In this document: positions 31,481-48,905 of the stretch, one piece after another
Position numbering within the stretch: position 1 is the stretch's first letter
How the letters are laid out: each line of letters opens with the position of its first letter
Assembly (NCBI GenBank): GCA_038087875.1
Contig: CM075992.1
Coordinates: forward strand, 3,722,001-3,786,000
Origin: Malacoraja senta
Lineage: Eukaryota
Reading direction: 5' to 3'
Length of the DNA: 64,000 nt
The notes under the pieces: model-generated
The model's input: the letters and a program-made list of their open reading frames with translations, nothing else
The model's database searches: none
What the model was told of the DNA's origin: nothing
Translations under genes and position numbers: made by a program

Positions 31481-34197
31481 TTAGTTTAGTTTGAACCGTC
31501 TGGAGAAGGGTCTCGATCCAAACGTCACCCATTCCGTCTCTCCACAGATGTTGCCTGTCTCGCTGAGTTACTCCGGCATCTTAAATCTGCATCTGCAGTT
31601 CCTTCCTACATTTTAGTTTGGTTTACTCTCAAGCCTTTCTTGACGTCCTCTGAGGGAGGGCTATATGTATGTATTTATGTATGTACTTAATCTATGAACC
31701 ACTGTTGTATAACGTTAGTACCTCCACCAATGTAAAGCACTTTGGTCAACGAGAGTTGTTTTGTAAATGTGCTATAGAAATAAAAGTGACTTGACTTGAC
31801 TAGTTTGGAGATACAGTGCGGAAACAGGCCCTTCGGACCACCAAGTCCGCACCGACCAGCGATCCCCGCACATTAACACTATCCCCCACACACTAGGGAC
31901 AATTTACACTTGTACCAAGCCAATTAACCTACAAACCTGTACGTCTTTGGAGTGTGGGAGGAAATCGAAGATCTTGGAGAAAACCCACGCAGGTCAAGGG
32001 GAGAACGTACAAACTCCGTACAGACAGCACCCGTAGTCAGGATCGAACCCGGGTCTCTGGCGCTGCAGAGCGCCGTAAGGCAGCAACTCTACCGCTGCGC
32101 CACCGTGCCCGCCCTGTGCTCCAGTTACTAGTGTGCTCAAGGGCGGCACAGTGGTGCAGCGGGTAGAGCTGCTGCCGTACGGTGTCACAGGGAGAATGTG
32201 CAAACTCCACATAGTCAGCAACCCAAAGTCAGGATCGAACCGGGGTCTCTGTTTCGCATGTTCTCCCTGTAAGCACACGAGTTTCCGTTGGGTGATCCGG
32301 TTTCCTCCCACATCCCAAAGACGTGCAGGTTTGTAGGTTAATTGGCTTCAGTAAATTACCTTCGAGGAGGTAGGAAGTAGATGCAAAAGTGGGATGACAT
32401 AGAAGTAGTGTGAATGGGTTAGACAATAGACAATAGGTGCAGGAGTAGGCCATTCAGCCCTTCGAGCCAGCACCGCATTGAATGTGATCATGGCTGATCA
32501 TCCCCAATCAGTACCCCGTTCCTGCCTTCCCCCCATATCCCCTGACTAGCCCTATCTAGCTCTCTCTTGAAAGCATCCAGAGAACCTGCCTCTGAGGCAG
32601 AGAATTCCACAGACTCACCACTCCTCTCTGTGAGAAAAAGTGTTTCCTCGTCTCCGTTCTAAATGGATTATCAACAGTCGGTCAGGACTTGATGGGCCGA
32701 AGGGCCTGCTGATTCTTTCAATCATTCAAAGCCCCACCCAACCCCTCTTTGGAAGGTCTGTCCATCCCCTGAATTTGCCTGTATAAGGCGAGGAGGTGGA
32801 GGATATTAAGCTCCTCCTCCACCAACAATGGCTGATCCTTTAACATCGACTTTTCCACTCGACATTGCCTTCTTGTCAAGTTGGATTAGTTAGACAGTCA
32901 GAACCTTTTTCCAAGGTTGGAAATGTTAAAGTCTAGAGGGCATGGCTTTAAGGGGCAATGTTTAATGCAGATATACAGGATAAGTTATTTTACACAGAGG
33001 GTGGTGGGTGCCTGGAATGCACTGCCAGGAGTGGTGGTGGAGGCAGATACAATAGAGGCTTTTAAGCATTTAAGCTTGTCAATAAGCATTTAGATATGAA
33101 GGGAATGGATCTGGTGCAGGCAGAGGACATTAGTTCATCTTGGCATCATGTTCAGCACGGACATTGTGGGCCGAAGGGACTATTCTGGTGCTATACCGTT
33201 CTGTGAATGTCCATGGTAATGGGTGAAGGTCCTGTATGACATTGGCGTTCAACATTTTGGTATTTAGTTTCAGTTTTTAGTTTAGAGATACGCCGCGGAC
33301 CAGCGATCCCCGAACCCTCGCACTATCCTACGCACACGAGGGACAATTTTACGATGTTACCAAAGCCAACCAAACCTACAAACCTGTACGTCTTTGGAGT
33401 GTGGGAGGAAACCAGAGAAAAACTTGGGAGAACGTACAAACTCCGTACAGACAGCACCCGTGGTCTCCGGCGCTGTGAGGCAGCAACTCTACCGCTGCGC
33501 CTCCGTGCCGTTCTAGTGAGGCACACGTGCCCATCGATGCATCGTTAAACGTGCTACATGTCTAATCAGGGTGCGTAGGCCCATCTGTGAGTCACGGCGC
33601 CAGGCGGACGAGGGCTGTGCCCCAGCAGGCTGCCTGCCCCTTATCCGGGGTTACGTCCGCGCCCGGGTATTCTTGAGAGAAGGACTACGCACAGTCCACG
33701 GGCGCCCTGGGGGATTTCCGGGACCGCTGGGCACCGCGTGTGGTGAAATATATCCTGAACAAGGATTGCCAAATAGATTTAATATTCAAAAGATAGACAC
33801 AAAATGCTGGAGTAACTCCGCGGGACAGGCGGCATCTCTGGAGAGAAGGAATTCAGTCTGAAGAAGGGTCTCGACACGAAACGTCACCCATTTTATCTTT
33901 GCCTGCTTCGTTGTCAACTTCCCCTAGTTAATAATAATCTATTCTACATTCTCCTTGATCTGCGACCCCTTTGATGTCTCCTATTCACACCTTATCCTTC
34001 CATATCTCTGTGTCTCCCTCTCCCCTGACTCTGACTGTAGAAGGGTCTCAACCCGTTGAGTTACTCCAGCATTTTGTGCCTATCTTCGGTTTAAACCGGC
34101 ATCTGCAATTCCTTCCTACACATTTAATATTCAGTATTTAAGAATATTTACTTGTATTATGGTGGTGGGTTTATTGGTATTGTGTTGTATTGTTTCA

Positions 34198-35256
<1,059 letters not shown>

Positions 35257-36417
35257 TTAGTCCTTAACTACCAGGAGACACCCAGTGCCCAGAGCATTGC
35301 TGCAGGGGGGTCAGAAACTCATCTTCTCAAGGAGTGCACATGAAGTACAATAGAAAATAAGACATAAAATGCTGGAGTAACTCAGCAGATCAGGCAGCAG
35401 CTCTGGAGACCATGGATAGGTGACGTTTCAGGTCCTGTTTTTGCAATTCCCAGACCAAGCAATGAAAGCTTTTCACTGTACCTCGGTACACGTGACAACC
35501 AACCAAACTGAAATGGATATAAAACGTCAGGATACTTCGTAGACCACAGTCCGATCTACAAACATCCAAGTATTACTCCATTCGGCCCATTAAGTCTACT
35601 CCGCCATTCAAACATGGCTGATCTATCTCTCCCTCCGAACCCCATTCTCCTGCCTTCTCCCTATAACCTCTGACACCAGTACTAATCAAGAATCTATCTA
35701 TCTCTGCCTTAAAAATATTCATTGACGGCCTCCACAGCCTTCTGTGGCAATGAATTCCACAGATTCACCACCCTCTGACTAAAGACATTCCTCCTCATCT
35801 CCTTCCTAAAGGTATGTCCTTTAATTCTGAGACTGTGACCTCTGGTCCTAGACTCTCCCACTAGTGGAAACATCCGCTCCATACCCACTCTATCCCAGCC
35901 CCTCGCTATCCAGTAAGACAAGCAGGTGTGGAGGCTAATTGGCTTGGTATAAAGGTAAAAATGATCCCTAGTGTGTGTTGGATAGTGTTGGTGTGTGGGG
36001 ATCGCTGGTCGGCGCGGACTCGGAGGTCCGAAGGGCCTGTTTCCGCACGGTATCTTTAAAGTAAAACTAAATGAAGACCCACTTGGACCACGAGTCCGCG
36101 GCGACCATCGATCCCCGCACACCAACACTATCCAACACACTTCAGTCTGAAGATGGGTTTCGGGCCGAAACGTTGCCTCTTTCCTTCGCTCCATAGATGC
36201 TGCCGCACCCGCTGAGTTTCTCCAGTATTTTTGTCTACCTTCGTAAACTAAATGAAGACCCGCTGTGTTACAATAGACAATAGACAATAGACAATAGGTG
36301 CAGGAGTAGGCCATTTTGCCCTTCGAGCCAGCACCACCATTCAATGTGATCATGGCTGATCATCCCCAATCAGTACCCCGTTCCTGCCTTCTCCCCATAT
36401 CCCCTGACTCCGCTATC

Positions 36418-38397
36418 TTTTTTAATTTTTTTTAATGTTTTTAATTTTTTTAATAGAAGTATTTTACATTACAGTAATCTGCAATAACGTACGTTTATAC
36501 AGTTCTTGTACCACTTCTTATTTTAAACTTTAATAGGAAAAAAGGATAGAAAGAGTTAGTAAAGATAGTCAGTGAGTGAGTGAAAGAGTGGTCCAGGAAC
36601 ACCCATATGAACCTAAACCACAAGAAATAGTTAAAAAAGAAAAGAAAAAAACCAAAAGGCGGAAAAAGAAAAAAGAAAAAAGTAAGATAGGACATTATGA
36701 GAGGGATGTACCTACTTCTTATCTTTACTCACCCCTCGCCAGGTCCTAAAACCATTTATTATCAACATTTTGTTGCACCCTATGTTTGTAATAAGTCGAT
36801 ATATGGAGACCAAATCTTTTGGGATTGGTCTTGTTTACCTGCTAGGAGGAATCTCATATCTTCTAGGTGTAACAATTCTGACATATTAGAAGTCCACATT
36901 TTTATTGTTGGCGTGGGAGCATTTTTCCAAAATTTCAGTATCAGTTTTTTTGCCATTATTAAGCCATAATTAAGAAAACTCCTTTGAAACGTAGTCAGCT
37001 CCAAACTTGCTTCTATTGTTCCAAAAATAATCAATTCTGCATTCGGTTTCAGTTTTATTTTAAATAATTTAGTGAAAATTTCAAACATTTCATACCAAAA
37101 TGTTTGAATTTTTATACAAAAAACAAAAGAATGTGCTATAGTTGATTCTTGGATTAGGCATTTATCACAGATAGCAGAGGTATTTGGGTAAAATTTACTT
37201 AATTTAGCTTTTGAATAGTATAATCTATGTAAAATTTTAAATTGAATCAGAGTATGTCTTACGTTAATCGAGCATTTATGCACATATAATAGGTGTTTAT
37301 CCCAACTCTCTTTCGAGATTTTTATAGCTAGTTCCTGTTCCCATTTTCTTCTAATCCCATCCGATGATGGAATTTCTATGTTTAAAATGGAATTGTATAG
37401 GTATGATATTAAATTAGCTGATTCCGCTTTTATATTCATTATCCCATCTAATAGGTCAGGAGACATATTTTGATATTCTCGTGTATACTTTTTCAAATAG
37501 TCACGTATTTGAAAATATTTGAAATATTGATTACTATTCAGGTTGTATTTAAGTTGTAATTGGTGAAATGTTAAAAAAACTTCCATTATCATACATATCT
37601 CCAAACGTTTTAATTCCTACTCTATCCCAATTTATAAAAGCTCTATCTATCATAGGTTTAAACAAAGGGTTATTCATTTTAACCTTAATTTTATTTGTTT
37701 CCAAATTCTAATTGTACTATGAATAATTGGATTTTTACTATATATTGTATTCTTCATTTTTGTTGGTGAGAGAAGGATCGCTCCTATGTTAAAAGGGGAA
37801 CAGTCCTCTCGCTCCATTACTATCCAATCCACCTGCTGGGCCGAATTGTCCAACAGGTGAATCATATTTTTGACATTTGTGGCCCAATAATTATATTAAA
37901 AATTGGGGAGTGATAATCCACCAAATTCTTTAGGTTTACACAAATGTTTTCTTTGGATTCTGTGGAATTTATAGTCCCATATAAAGTTTGTAATATTCGC
38001 ATCAAATTAAAAAAAAATTTTGGTAAGTATATTGACTGGAATAGATATAAAATTAGTGGTAAAAAGATCATTTTTATAGCATTTATTCGGCCTATAAGAG
38101 ACATCGGGAGGGTTTTCCAGAATTTAATCAGTGTGTTTAGTTTATTGAGTAAGGGCATATAGTTTGCATTAAATAGAGATTTATATTTTCTAGTAATTTC
38201 AATTCCCAAATATTTAAATTTTTCTGAAGCGATTTTAAAAGAGAATTTTAACAGGTGTGTCGGTTCTTGAGGTTTAATCGTCATAATTTCACTTTTATTC
38301 CAATTTATTCTATATCCTGAAAGGATCCAAATTCCTCTATTAAATTTAATGTATTTGGTATACTAGTTTGTGATTTTGTGATATATAGTAGTACATC
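36418..38397 (-). mobile_element. L1/Tx1-clade LINE, 5'-truncated ORF2 with poly(A) tail (copy A)
   Basis: FKYLGIEIT, W..LPMSLIGRINAIKM..LP, QFKILHRLY, CDKC...H...C knuckle; AT-rich; T-run at left end. Confidence 0.9.
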
Positions 38398-38742
38398 AGG
38401 AGCAGGCCATTCGGCCCGTCGAGCCAGCACCGCCATTCAATGTGATCATGGCTGATCATCCCCAATCAGTACCCCGTTCCTGCCTTCTCCCCATATCCCC
38501 TGACTCTGCTATTTTTAAGAGCCCTATCTAGCTCTCTCTTGAAAGCATCCAGAGAACCTGCCTCCACCGCCCTCTAAGGCAGAGAATTCCACAGACTCAC
38601 CACCCTCTGTGAGAAAAAGTGTTTCCTCGTCTCCGTTCTCAATGGCTTACTCCTTATTCTCAAACTCCTGGAACTAAACAAAAACTCAAAACTAAAAAAA
38701 CATTGTTGACAGCGTTAAGGTGGGGGGGGGGAGGGGGGGTCA

Positions 38743-38934
<192 letters not shown>

Positions 38935-39839
38935 TTAGTTTTAGGAAGGAACTGCAGGTGCTGCAGTTTTACACAAAATGCCGGAGTAACTCAGCGGGAC
39001 AGGCGGCATCTCTGGAGAGAGGGGCTATCTAGTATCTTTAGTCAGAGGGTGGTGAATCTGTGGAATTCTTTGCCACACAAGGCTGTAGAGGCCAATTCAC
39101 TGGATAATTTTAAGGCAGAGGTAGATAGATTCTTGATTAATTCAGATGTCAGAGGTTATGGGGAGAAGGCAGGAGAATGGGGTTAGGAGGGAGAGATAGA
39201 TCAGCCATGATACAATGGCGGAGTAGACGTTTTGGGCCAAATGGCCAAATTCTACTCCTATCCCTTATGACCTTATTAATAGGTGATGTTTCGGGTCCCT
39301 AAACGTTACCCATTCCTTCTATCCAGAGATGCTGCCTGTTCCACTGAGTTACTCCAGGTTTAGTTTAGTTTAGAAACACAGTGCGGAAACTGGCTCTTTG
39401 GCCTGCCGAGTCCACACCGACCAGCGATCCCAACACATTAACACACACTAGGGACAATTTACAATTACACCAAGCCAATTAACCTACAAACCTGTGCATC
39501 TATAGAGTGTGGAAGGAAACCGAACATCTCTGCCCAACTTGCCCACACCGGCCAACACATCCCAGCTACACTAGTCCCACCTGCCTGCGCTTGGTCCATA
39601 TCCCTCCAAACTTGTCCTATCCATGTACCTGTCTAACTGTTTCTTAAATGTTGGGATAGTCCCAGCCTCAACTACCTCCTCTGGCAGCTTGTTCCGTACA
39701 CCCACCACCCTTTGATGGGAGACGAGCCCAGCCATCCCAATAAACAATAGACAACAGGTACAGGAGAAGGCCATTCGGCCCTTCAAGCCAGCACCGCCAT
39801 TCAATGTGATCATGGCTGATCATCCCCAATCAGTACCCC

Positions 39840-40039
39840 NNNNNNNNNNNNNNNNNNNNNNNNNNNNNNNNNNNNNNNNNNNNNNNNNNNNNNNNNNNNN
39901 NNNNNNNNNNNNNNNNNNNNNNNNNNNNNNNNNNNNNNNNNNNNNNNNNNNNNNNNNNNNNNNNNNNNNNNNNNNNNNNNNNNNNNNNNNNNNNNNNNNN
40001 NNNNNNNNNNNNNNNNNNNNNNNNNNNNNNNNNNNNNNN
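39840..40039. other. Assembly gap (200 N)
   Basis: N run between two near-identical 5-kb segments. Confidence 1.
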
Positions 40040-41692
40040 CAACGGCCCGTGAGCCCCAGGCCGAGTTCAGCGATCGTTTGCCTGCTTCTGCTGCTGTTGG
40101 AGGTGAGACGTAGCGTCGCGCCAGGGTCTTGTCCCACTTTGATTAGGTTTTTAGATTAGATTAGATTTTATTGTCATTTGAACCTCAAAGAGGTTCAAAC
40201 GAAATTCCATTTCCACAGCCATACAAACAAAACAATTCCTACACGACACACAAACAATTCAATCTACAGAAAAACATCCATCACAGTGAATCTCCTCCTC
40301 ACTGTGATGGAAGGCAAAGTCTTTTCTCTCCGTCTTTTGGCCGTCAGTTACGCGACAGGCCGGTGGCGCGCGAAGATTTCGTGCAGGACAAAGTCCACAC
40401 TCCTCCACGCCACTCCATGCGCCCGTCCCCACGTGCTACCTACACGCTAACAGGTCGCGTAAATGGCGCGCGAAAGACAGCCAAGTGGGACAGGCCCTTT
40501 AGTCCTTAACTACCAGGAGACACCCAGTGCCCAGAGCATTGCTGCAGGGGGGTCAGAAACTCATCTTCTCAAGGAGTGCACATGAAGTACAATAGAAAAT
40601 AAGACATAAAATGCTGGAGTAACTCAGCAGATCAGGCAGCAGCTCTGGAGACCATGGATAGGTGACGTTTCAGGTCCTGTTTTGCAATTCCCAGACCAAG
40701 CAATGAAAGCTTTTCACTGTACCTCGGTACACGTGACAACCAACCAAACTGAAATGGATATAAAACGTCAGGATACTTCGTAGACCACAGTCCGATCTAC
40801 AAACATCCAAGTATTACTCCATTCGGCCCATTAAGTCTACTCCGCCATTCAAACATGGCTGATCTATCTCTCCCTCCGAACCCCATTCTCCTGCCTTCTC
40901 CCTATAACCTCTGACACCAGTACTAATCAAGAATCTATCTATCTCTGCCTTAAAAATATTCATTGACGGCCTCCACAGCCTTCTGTGGCAATGAATTCCA
41001 CTGATTCACCACCCTCTGACTAAAGACATTCCTCCTCATCTCCTTCCTAAAGGTATGTCCTTTAATTCTGAGACTGTGACCTCTGGTCCTAGACTCTCCC
41101 ACTAGTGGAAACATCCTCTCCATACCCACTCTATCCAGCCCCTCGCTATCCAGTAAGACAAGCAGGTGTGGAGGCTAATTGGCTTGGTATAAAGGTAAAA
41201 ATTATCCCTAGTGTGTGTTGGATAGTGTTGGTGTGTGGGGATCGCTGGTCGGCGCGGACTCGGAGGTCCGAAGGGCCTGTTTCCGCACGGTATCTTTAAA
41301 GTAAAACTAAATGAAGACCCACTTGGACCACGAGTCCGCGGCGACCATCGATCCCCGCACACCAACACTATCCAACACACTTCAGTCTGAAGACGGGTTT
41401 CGGGCCAAAACGTTGCCTATTTCCTTCGCTCCATAGATGCTGCCGCACCCGCTGAGTTTCTCCAGTATTTTTGTCTACCTTCGTAAACTAAATGAAGACC
41501 CGCTGTGTTACAATAGACAATAGACAATAGACAATAGGTGCAGGAGTAGGCCATTTTGCCCTTCGAGCCAGCACCGCCATTCAATTGATCATGGCTGATC
41601 ATCCCAAATCAGTACCCCGTTCCTGCCTTCTCCCCATATCCCCTGACTCCGCTAACTTTAAGAGCCCTATCTAGCTCTCTCTTGAAAGCATC

Positions 41693-43683
41693 TTTTTTAA
41701 ATTTTTTTAAATGTTTTTAATTTTTTTAATAGAAGTATTTTTACATTACAGTAATCTGCAATAACGTACGTTTATACAGTTCTTATACCACTTCTTATTT
41801 TAAACTTTAATAGGAAAAAAGGATAGAAAGAGTTAGTAAAGATAGTCAGTGAGTGAGTGAAAGAGTGGTCCAGGAACACCCATATGAACCTAAACCACAA
41901 GAAATAGTTAAAAAAGAAAAGAAAAAAACCAAAAGGCGGAAAAAGAAAAAAGAAAATAAGATAGGACAATATGAGAGATATGTACCTACTTCTTATCTTT
42001 ACTCACCCCTCGCCAGGTCCTAAAACCATTTATTATCAACATTTTGTTGCACCCTATGTTTGTAATAAGTCGGTATATGGAGACCAAATCTTTTGGAATT
42101 GGTCTTGTTTACTCTTCTAGATGTAACAATTCCGACATATTAGAAGTCCACATTTTTATTGTTGGTGTAGGAGCATTTTTCCAGAATTTCAGTATCAGTT
42201 TTTTTGCCGTTATTAAGCCATAATTAAGAAAACTCCTTTGAAACGTAGTCAGCTCCAAACTTGCTTCTATTGTTCCAAAAATAATCAATTCTGCATTCGG
42301 TTTCAGTTTTATTTTAAATAATTTAGTGAAAATTTCAAACATTTCATACCAAAATGTTTGAATTTTTATACAAAAAACAAAAGAATGTGCTATAGTTGAT
42401 TCTTGGATTAGGCATTTATCACAGATAGCAGAGGTATTTGGGTAAAATTTACTTAATTTAGCTTTTGAATAGTAAAATCTATGTAAAATTTTAAATTGAA
42501 TCAGAGTATGTCTTACGTTAATCGAGCATTTATGCACATATAATAGGTGTTTATCCCAACTCTCTTTCGAGATTTTTATAGCTAGTTCCTGTTCCCATTT
42601 TCTTCTAATCCCATCCGATGATGGAATTTCTATGTTTAAAATGGAATTGTATAGGTATGATATTAAATTAGCTGATTCCGCTTTTATATTCATTATCCCA
42701 TCTAATAGGTCAGGAGACATATTTTGATATTCTCGTGTATACTTTTTCAAATAGTCACGTATTTGAAAATATTTGAAATATTGATTACTATTCAGGTTGT
42801 ATTTAAGTTGTAATTGGTGAAATGTTAAAAAAACTTCCATTATCATACATATCTCCAAACGTTTTAATTCGTACTATCCCAATTTATAAAAGCTCTATCT
42901 ATCATAGAAGGTTTAAACGAAGGGTTATTCATTATAGGTGAGAGAAGTTAATTTTAACGTTAATTTTATTTGTTTCCAAATTCTAATTGTACTGTGAATA
43001 ATTGGATTTTTACTATATATTGTATTCTTCATTTTTGTTGGTGAGAGAAGGATCGCTCCTATATTAAAAGGGGAACAGTCCTCTCTCTCCATTACTATCC
43101 AATCCACCTGCTGGGCTGAATTGTCCAACAGGTGAATAATATTTTTGACATTTGTGGCCCAATAATTATATTAAAAATTGGGGAGTGATAATCCACCAAA
43201 TTCTTTAGGGTTACACAAATGTTTTCTTTGGATTCTGTGGAATTTATAGTCCATATAAAGTTTGTAATATTCGCATCAAATTTTTTTTTTTAAATGTTGG
43301 TAAGTATATTGACTGGAATAGATATAAAATTTGTGGTAAAAACATCATTTTTATAGCATTTATTCGGCCTATAAGAGACATCGGGAGGGTTTTCCAGAAT
43401 TTAATCAATGTGTTTAGTTTATTGAGTAAGGGCATATAGTTTGCATTAAATAGAGATTTATATTTTCTAGTAATTTCAATTCCCAAATATTTAAATTTTT
43501 CTGAAGCGATTTTAAAAAGGGAATTTTAACAGGTGTGTCGGTTCTTGAGGTTTAATCGTCATAATTTCACTTTTATTCCAATTTATTCTATATCCTGAAA
43601 AGGATCCAAATTCCTCTATTAAATTTAATGTATTTGGTATACTAGTTTGTGATTTTGTGATTTTGTGATATATAGTAGTACAT
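41693..43683 (-). mobile_element. L1/Tx1-clade LINE (copy B in duplicated segment)
   Basis: Same ORF2 fragments as 36418-38397. Confidence 0.9.
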
Positions 43684-44028
43684 CAGGAGCAGGCCATTCG
43701 GCCCTTCGAGCCAGCACCGCCATTCAATGTGATCATGGCTGATCATCCCAAATCAGTACCCGTTCCTGCCTTCCCCCCATATCCCCTGACTCCGCTATTT
43801 TTAACAGCCCTATCTAGCTCTCTCTTGAAAGCATCCAGAGAACCTGCCTCCACCGCCCTCTGAGGCAGAGAATTCCACAGACTCACCACTCTCTGTGAGA
43901 AAAAGTGTTTCCTCGTCTCCGTTCTAAATGGCTTACTCCTTATTCTTAAACTGTGTGGGAACTAAACAAAACTCAAAACTAAAAAAACATTGTTGACAGC
44001 GTTAAGGGGGGGGGGGGGGGGGTGGTCA

Positions 44029-44220
<192 letters not shown>

Positions 44221-45632
44221 TTAGTTTTAGGAAGGAACTGCAGGTGCTGCAGTTTTACACAAAATGCCGGAGTAACTCAGCGGGACAGGCGGCATCTCTG
44301 GAGAGAGGGGCTAACTAGTATCTTTAGTCAGAGGGTGGTGAATCTGTGGAATTCTTTGCCACACAAGGCTGTAGAGGCCAATTCACTGGTATATTTTAAG
44401 GCAGAGGTAGATAGATTCTTGATTAATTCAGATGTCAGAGGTTATGGGGAGAAGGCAGGAGAATGGGGTTAGGAGGGAGAGATAGATCAGCCATGATACA
44501 ATGGCGGAGTAGAAGTTTTGGGCCAAATGGCCAAATTCTACTCCTATCCCTTATGACCTTATTAATAGGTGACGATTCGGGTCCCTAAACGTTACCCATT
44601 CCTTCTATCCAGAGATGCTGCCTGTTCCACTGAGTTACTCCAGGTTTAGTTTAGTTTAGAAACACAGTGCGGAAACTGGCTCTTTGGCCTGCCGAGTCCA
44701 CACCGACCAGCGTTCCCCACACATTAACACACACTAGGGACAATTTACAATTACACCAAGCCAATTAACCTACAAACCTGTGCATCTATAGAGTGTGGAA
44801 GGAAACCGTACATCTCTGCCCAACTTGCCCACACCGGCCAACACATCCCAGCTACACTAGTCCCACCTGCCTGCACTTGGTCCATATCCCTCCAAACTTG
44901 TCCTATCCATGTACCTGTCTAACTGTTTCTTAAATGTTGGGATAGTCCCATCATCAACTACCTCCTCTGGCAGCTTGTTCCGTACACCCACCATCCTTTG
45001 ATGGGAGACGAGCCCAGCCATCCCAATAAACAATAAACAACAGGTACAGGAGAAGGCCATTCGGCCCTTCAAGCCAGCACCGCCATTCAATGTGATCATG
45101 GCTGATCATCCCCAATCAGTACCCCATTCCTGCCTTCTCCCCATATCCCCTGACTCCGCTATTTTTAAGAGCCCTATCTAGCTCTCTCTTGAAAGCATCC
45201 AGAGAACCTGCCTCCACCGCCCTCTGAGGCAGAGAATTCCACAGACTCACCACTCTCTGTGAGAAAAAGTGTTTCCTCGTCTCCGTTCTAAATTGCTTAC
45301 TCCTTATTCTTAAACTGTATGGCCCTTGGTTCTGGACTCCCCCAACATCAGGAACATGTTTCCTGCCTCTAGTGTGTCCAAGCCCTTAACAATCTTATAT
45401 GTTTCAATGAGATCCCCTCTCATCATTCTAAACTCCAGAGTGTACAAGCCCAGCCGCTCCATTCTCTCAGCATATGACAGTCCCGCCATCCCGGGAATTA
45501 ACCTTGTAAACCTACGCTGCACTCCCTCAATAGCAAGAAGTCTGAAGAAGGGTTTCGGCCCGAAATGTTGCCTATCTCCTTCGCTCCATAGATGCTGCTG
45601 CACCCGCTGAGTTTCTCCAGCATTTTTGTCTA

Positions 45633-46010
<378 letters not shown>

Positions 46011-48019
46011 TTAAGAATAAGGGGTAAGCCATTTAGAACGGAGACGAGGAAACTTTTTCTCACAGAGATTGTGAGTCTGTGGAATTCTCTGCCTCAGAGG
46101 GCGGTGGAGGCAGGTTCTCTGGATACTTTCAAGAGAGAGCTAGATAGGGCTCTTAAAAATAGCAGAGTCAGGGGATATGGGGAGAAGGCAGGAACGGGGT
46201 ACTGATTGGGGATGATCAGCCATAATCACAATGAATGGCGATGCTGGCTCGAAGGGCCAAATGGCCTACTCCTGCACCTATTGTCTATTGTCTATTTCGA
46301 GATATGCCGCAGAAACAGGCCCTTCGGCCCACCGAGTCCATGCCAACCATCTAGAAACATAGACACATAGAAAATAGATGCAGGAGTAGGCCATTCGGCC
46401 CTTTGAGCCAGCACCGCCATTCAATATGATCATGGCTGATCATCCCCAATCAGTACCCGTTCCTGCTTTCCCTTGATTCCGTTAGCCCCGAGAGCTAAAT
46501 CTAACTCTCTCTTGAATACATCCAGTGAATTGTCCTCCACTGCCTTCTGTGGCCGTTCACCCCGTACACTAGTTCTATCCTATACACGAGGGACAATTTA
46601 CAGAAGCCAATTAACCTACAAACCTGCACGTCTTTGGAGTGTGGGAGAAAAGGCCTGTTCTTGTTGTGTACTGTTCTGTGTTCTCTATGTTCCAACTCAG
46701 ACACCGCACAAGGCCACACCAACAGTGTGGGTCCTATATAAGCGATGTCTTAAGCTACAAAGTCTCTAAACAATGAAACGCAATAGATCCCTCAGCATTT
46801 TCTCCTTTATCCTGCATGTTGGCGCAGCGGTAGAGTTGCTGCCTCACAGCGCCAGAGACCCGGGTTCGATCTTGACTACGGGTGCTGTCTGTACAGAGTT
46901 TGTACATTCTCCCCGTGACCTGCGTGGGTTTTCTCCGGGATCTCCGGTTTCCTCCCACACTCCAAAGACGTACAGGTTTGTAGGTTAATTGGCTTTGGAA
47001 AGATTGTAAATTGTCCCTAGTGTGTGTGTAGGATAGTATTAGTGTGCAGGGATCGCTGTGGACTCAGTGGGCCGAAGGGCCTGTTTCCGCGCTGTATCTC
47101 TAAACCTTAAAACCTACGTCTCTGTTTAAGCTTAGTGTTTAGTTTAGTTTACTTACAGCACGGAAACAGGCCCTTCGGCCCACTGAGTACAATCCTCCCC
47201 ACACATTAACACTATCCTACACCAACTAGGGACAATTTTACATTTTATACCAAGCCAATTACGTCTTTGGAGTGTGGAGCAAACCAAATATCTCGGAGAA
47301 AACCCACGCGGGTCACGAGGAGAACGTACAAACCCCGTACAGACAGCACCCGTAGTCAGGATGCAACCCGGGTCTCTGGCGCCGTGAGGCAGCAACTCTA
47401 CCGCTGTGCCACCGTGCCGCCCAGAATCTGGAGCTTTGATTAGCAAAATGCTAATGGGATTTTTGGAGACATTGAAGGCATAGTGTAAATAAATGCACCT
47501 TGTTGTCTATCGTTATAGGTGTAAAATTCTCTACCAGCCTAAGTTGTGCAACAGGCAGGCGGGCAGGCGGCTTGTTCAAGAATAGTTCAGCAGATTGAAG
47601 ATGACATGTCTGAGAAAACCATTTGAGCCCTCCCTCAATTTAAATAGCACGAGGAGGATTAAATAAAGCTCATGAGTTCACTGGTTCCAGGAGCAGAATT
47701 AGGCCATTCGGCCCATCAAGTCTACTCCGCCATTCAATCATGGCTGATCTATCTCTCCCTCCTAACCCCATTCTCCTGCCTTCTCCCCATAACCTCTGAC
47801 CCGTACTAATCAAGAATCTATCTATCTCTGCCCTTAAAAATATCCACTGCCTTAAAAATATCCACAACCTTCTATGGCAATTAATTCCACAGATTCACCA
47901 CCCAAAAGGGATGATAGCGTGTTTCTTACAAGGAAAATGCAAGGACCTTCTGTATTTAATGTCCTTGGCCTTAAAAACAAAAAAATCCTGCATGTCATCT
48001 TAAAAATTAAAATGTCTGC

Positions 48020-48905
48020 TCACTCACACACAGACACACACAGACACAGAGACACACACACACACACACAGACACACACAGAGAGAGAGACACACACACA
48101 GACAGACACACACACAGACACACAACACACACAGACACAGAGACACACACACACACACAGAGACACACACAGAGAGAGAGACACACACACAGAGACACAC
48201 ACACAGACACACAACACACACAGACACAGAGACACACACACACACAGAGACACACACAGACACAGAGACACACACACACAGATATACACACACACACAGA
48301 CACACAGAGGCACACACACACAGAGACACACACAGACATACACACACACAGACACACACAGACTTACACACACACATAGGCACACACACAGACACACACA
48401 GGCACACATACACACACTCACAGACAGACACACACACACACACACAGACAGACACACACGCACACAGACACACGAAACACACACACACACAGAGGCACAC
48501 ACACACAGAGACACAGACAGACACACACACACACAGAGGCACACACAACACAGAGACACACACACAGACACACAACACACACAGGACACAGAGACACACA
48601 CACACACACAGAGACACACGCAGACACAGAGACACACACACACAGATATACACACACACACAGACACAGAGGCACACACACACAGAGACACACACAGACA
48701 TACACACACACAGACACACACAGACTTACACACACACATAGGCACACACACAGGCACACATACACACACTCACAGACAGACACACACACACACACACACA
48801 GACAGACACACACGCACACAGACACACGAAACACACACACACACAGAGGCACACACACACACACACAGACACATGCACATACATACACACACAGAGAGAC
48901 ACACA
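48020..48905. repeat. (CA)n/(CAGA) compound microsatellite
   Basis: Direct reading. Confidence 0.98.

Noticed and set aside
36780..37604. 274-aa ORF as a host gene
   Set aside because: C-terminal part of L1/Tx1 ORF2, frameshifted upstream
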